Below are positions 61,835-64,000 of a DNA stretch of 64,000 nucleotides, piece after piece (within the stretch, counting starts at the first letter, position 1; the number at the start of each line of letters is the position of its first letter). The translations under genes were made by a program, and so were the position numbers. A model generated the notes under the pieces. That model was not told the origin of the DNA, made no database searches, and saw only the letters and a list, made by a program, of their open reading frames with translations. This DNA comes from Lama glama. Lineage: Eukaryota. Where the stretch lies: assembly GCA_028534125.1 (NCBI GenBank), contig CM052816.1:81966001-82030000 (forward strand), in the 5' to 3' direction.

Positions 61835-62330
61835 CCATTCTCTTTTTAAATGGCTAATCTCTTCAAGTTATTCTCCTGTTTAAAATATTTCCTGGGATCC
61901 CCCTCATCTGTAGGATAAAGCCCAAATTCCTTATCAGGCATTCAGTTCCTTCCTGCCCAGACATCACCCTCTTCCTCTGCCCCCCACCCTCCGCACTTCA
62001 GCCTCACAGAACAAGCTGCTGATATGTAAACACCTCCGACTTTCCCCTCCAGGACTTCACAGCGCTGCCTGAAATAGGCCACCTCCTTGCTCGTTGTCTT
62101 TTGGGCATCAGCTCAGGAACTCTCTCTTGTGAGCCTTTCCTTGGACCCTAGGCATAGGTTAAGTGTACATCCTTGGAGTCTTTCCTGAATCACTTGTCAC
62201 ACTGTATTGTTACTGTCCCTTGACTCACCCATCTTTGCCCGCTAGACCATAGGCTCCTGGTGGGCTGACCCATCACTAATCTGCCTTTGAACTGTGGGCC
62301 CTTTGTGGGCTCTCCATCACTGTTGTCTGA
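61835..62330 (+). mobile_element. L2 fragment
   Basis: ggataaagcccaaattccttatcaggcattca...cacttgtcacactgtattgt...ctagaccataggctcctgg. Confidence 0.65.
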
Positions 62331-64000
62331 ATAACCAGGCTCCTCCTTGTCATGCTTCCACAAGCCTCAACTACCCTAGAGCAGAACTCCAGCTTCCTCC
62401 TGCAGCCCTCCTGCAGGAACTCTGAGGCTGAGGTGAAGAGGATGACCATGGGAAACCGCAGCGGTATCTGCACCCTCTCTGGACCTCCTGCACTTGGACT
62501 TGGCTGAGAACCCTGTGCTGGAGCCAGAGAGCATGAGCCCAGGGGGATCCGGCAGGAAGCAGGGGAGCTTGGCCTCTCTCGTCTTACCGTAGCTGTTGCT
62601 CTCACTCCTCTCCGAGGCAGGGAGTTCACATAAATGGACAAGCAGACAAAGAGCAGCTCCAGGAGCTTCGTCCTAGGTGATGAGATAGAGCCACAGATAC
62701 CCGGGGAAAGACTTGGTCCTCAGAGATGCCGCCAGTCGGTGGCTTGGGACAGGCTTCTGTCACCTGACCCTGTAATCTCCAGCAGCAGCTCCCTTTCTAG
62801 TATTGCTTGCTAATGATCTTTATTCAGTCCCACATAATCATATATCTACACACAGCTCCAATGGGCACCTCCAACTAGACTGCTGCTCCTATTTAGAAAT
62901 CCAGGAGCTGCCGTAAGCACAAAAGGGCAGAGCCCCCAGTTTTTTCTCATGACACCCCTAACTACATTTTCCATCTCTCCTTTGCACTGTCAACGGCCCC
63001 ACAGACATCCCTTTGAAGAGTCCCTCGTCAGATCTCTTGTCAATAACCCAGCCGTCAGTGAACACAGCTGTCCCATCACCCAAATAACTGCCTCTGAAAG
63101 TTTCATTTCTGCTACAGCATGTGGCCGGTGAAAGAGAAAGTTTTAAATGAAGTTTAAAAACAAAAAACCGAAACACCCAGCTAGCTAATCATTTGTATGC
63201 TGATCAAAATTGGAAACTCCCAGATAAAGCAACTCATAATGAAAATGCAGCAAGACCCTTGAATGTAGCAATTCTAATGCTCACCACTATTATTAGAATA
63301 ATAGTGGTCTCAAATGGAGCTGTTGAGAACCGTGGCTGCCCCTGACTAGAATTCAACCAGAAAGATCAAGAGAGAGCCCTAATTGCCTTTCTTCTCAGAT
63401 CAAACAATTGCCTTAATTCTCTAGGCCTACACACCGCACTGTGTTTGAGGGGCTTCAAATAGGTTACTACAGAGGATTAAGGCTTTCTCTGCAGATTATA
63501 CTTTTATGCCCTGTAGTTCATTGCTTGAAGTGTTAAGTAGTTTTGTCAAAATAAGCAGGGCTGGAAGGGTTTTTAGAATCTTACAAATCACACTCTTGCT
63601 GAGTAACACAAGGAACATCTATTTACCCCCCCGACCCCTCCCTCTTTTTTTTTTTTTAATTTAGTGGTCGAGGCTTAAGGGGTAGGGAGAAATTAACCAT
63701 ATTAAAGATTAGTTGGAAATTTCAAGAGGCATTGCAGATAAGAGAAATACAAGTGTGGGGGCTTACTGTGTTTCGTCTTTCAGAAATTGTTTCACAAAAT
63801 GATGCAGCTGAAAGAAGGCACAGGAAGAGAAGGGATTGTCTTGTGAGCGCAGAACTGCCCGAGGAGAAGGTCCAGAGGGGCTGTGAAATCAGACCCAGGA
63901 GGCCGCTCTGGAGTGCGGTGCTAATCAGGGTTATTTCACTCACTGAAACTTCGTTTCTGCTTAGAGGAGTTGGTGGTGAAATAAGCTTCATTTCCTCACA

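Noticed and set aside
1..64000. Other ORF-track entries (60-159 aa) as independent genes or a nested antisense gene
   Set aside because: No recognisable protein similarity, many use GTG/TTG starts, many overlap decayed repeats, and the lengths are as expected by chance. The recognisable ones are DROSHA exons with intron read-through.
1..64000. Intronic miRNA or snoRNA genes
   Set aside because: I recognised none by eye. An Infernal/Rfam scan and a folding scan would be needed to exclude them properly.

Overview
Mammalian genomic DNA, probably camelid (Vic-1-type tRNA-derived SINE at ~61.3 kb; camelid-type L1 3' tail at ~6.1 kb). It holds the 3' half of DROSHA (Microprocessor RNase III) on the + strand. 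I traced 19 coding exons (A-S, 3723-56452), all GT-AG. They splice into an uninterrupted 1884-nt frame of 627 aa plus stop, matching human residues ~748-1374 as I recall them: end of the central domain, RIIIDa, RIIIDb, dsRBD and C-tail. All catalytic residues are intact. A short 3'UTR with two AATAAA signals follows. The rest is intron and 3' flank with old L1/L2/MIR/MER/MLT/Tigger repeats. A 500-N gap is flanked by a 199-bp exact duplication, almost certainly an assembly overlap artefact. The ORF track is mostly noise or exon read-through. No prokaryotic system, CRISPR or second gene is visible. The best leads are latent splice signals in the RNase III-coding region. One is a well-formed candidate poison/recursive exon at 29641-29783, in an intron with three AG|GT sites. 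Two others are upstream alternative acceptors that may correspond to reported inactive human DROSHA isoforms. There is also an orphan CpG-dense patch in the last intron. All functional claims are hypotheses. Repeat family names and boundaries are by-eye approximations.
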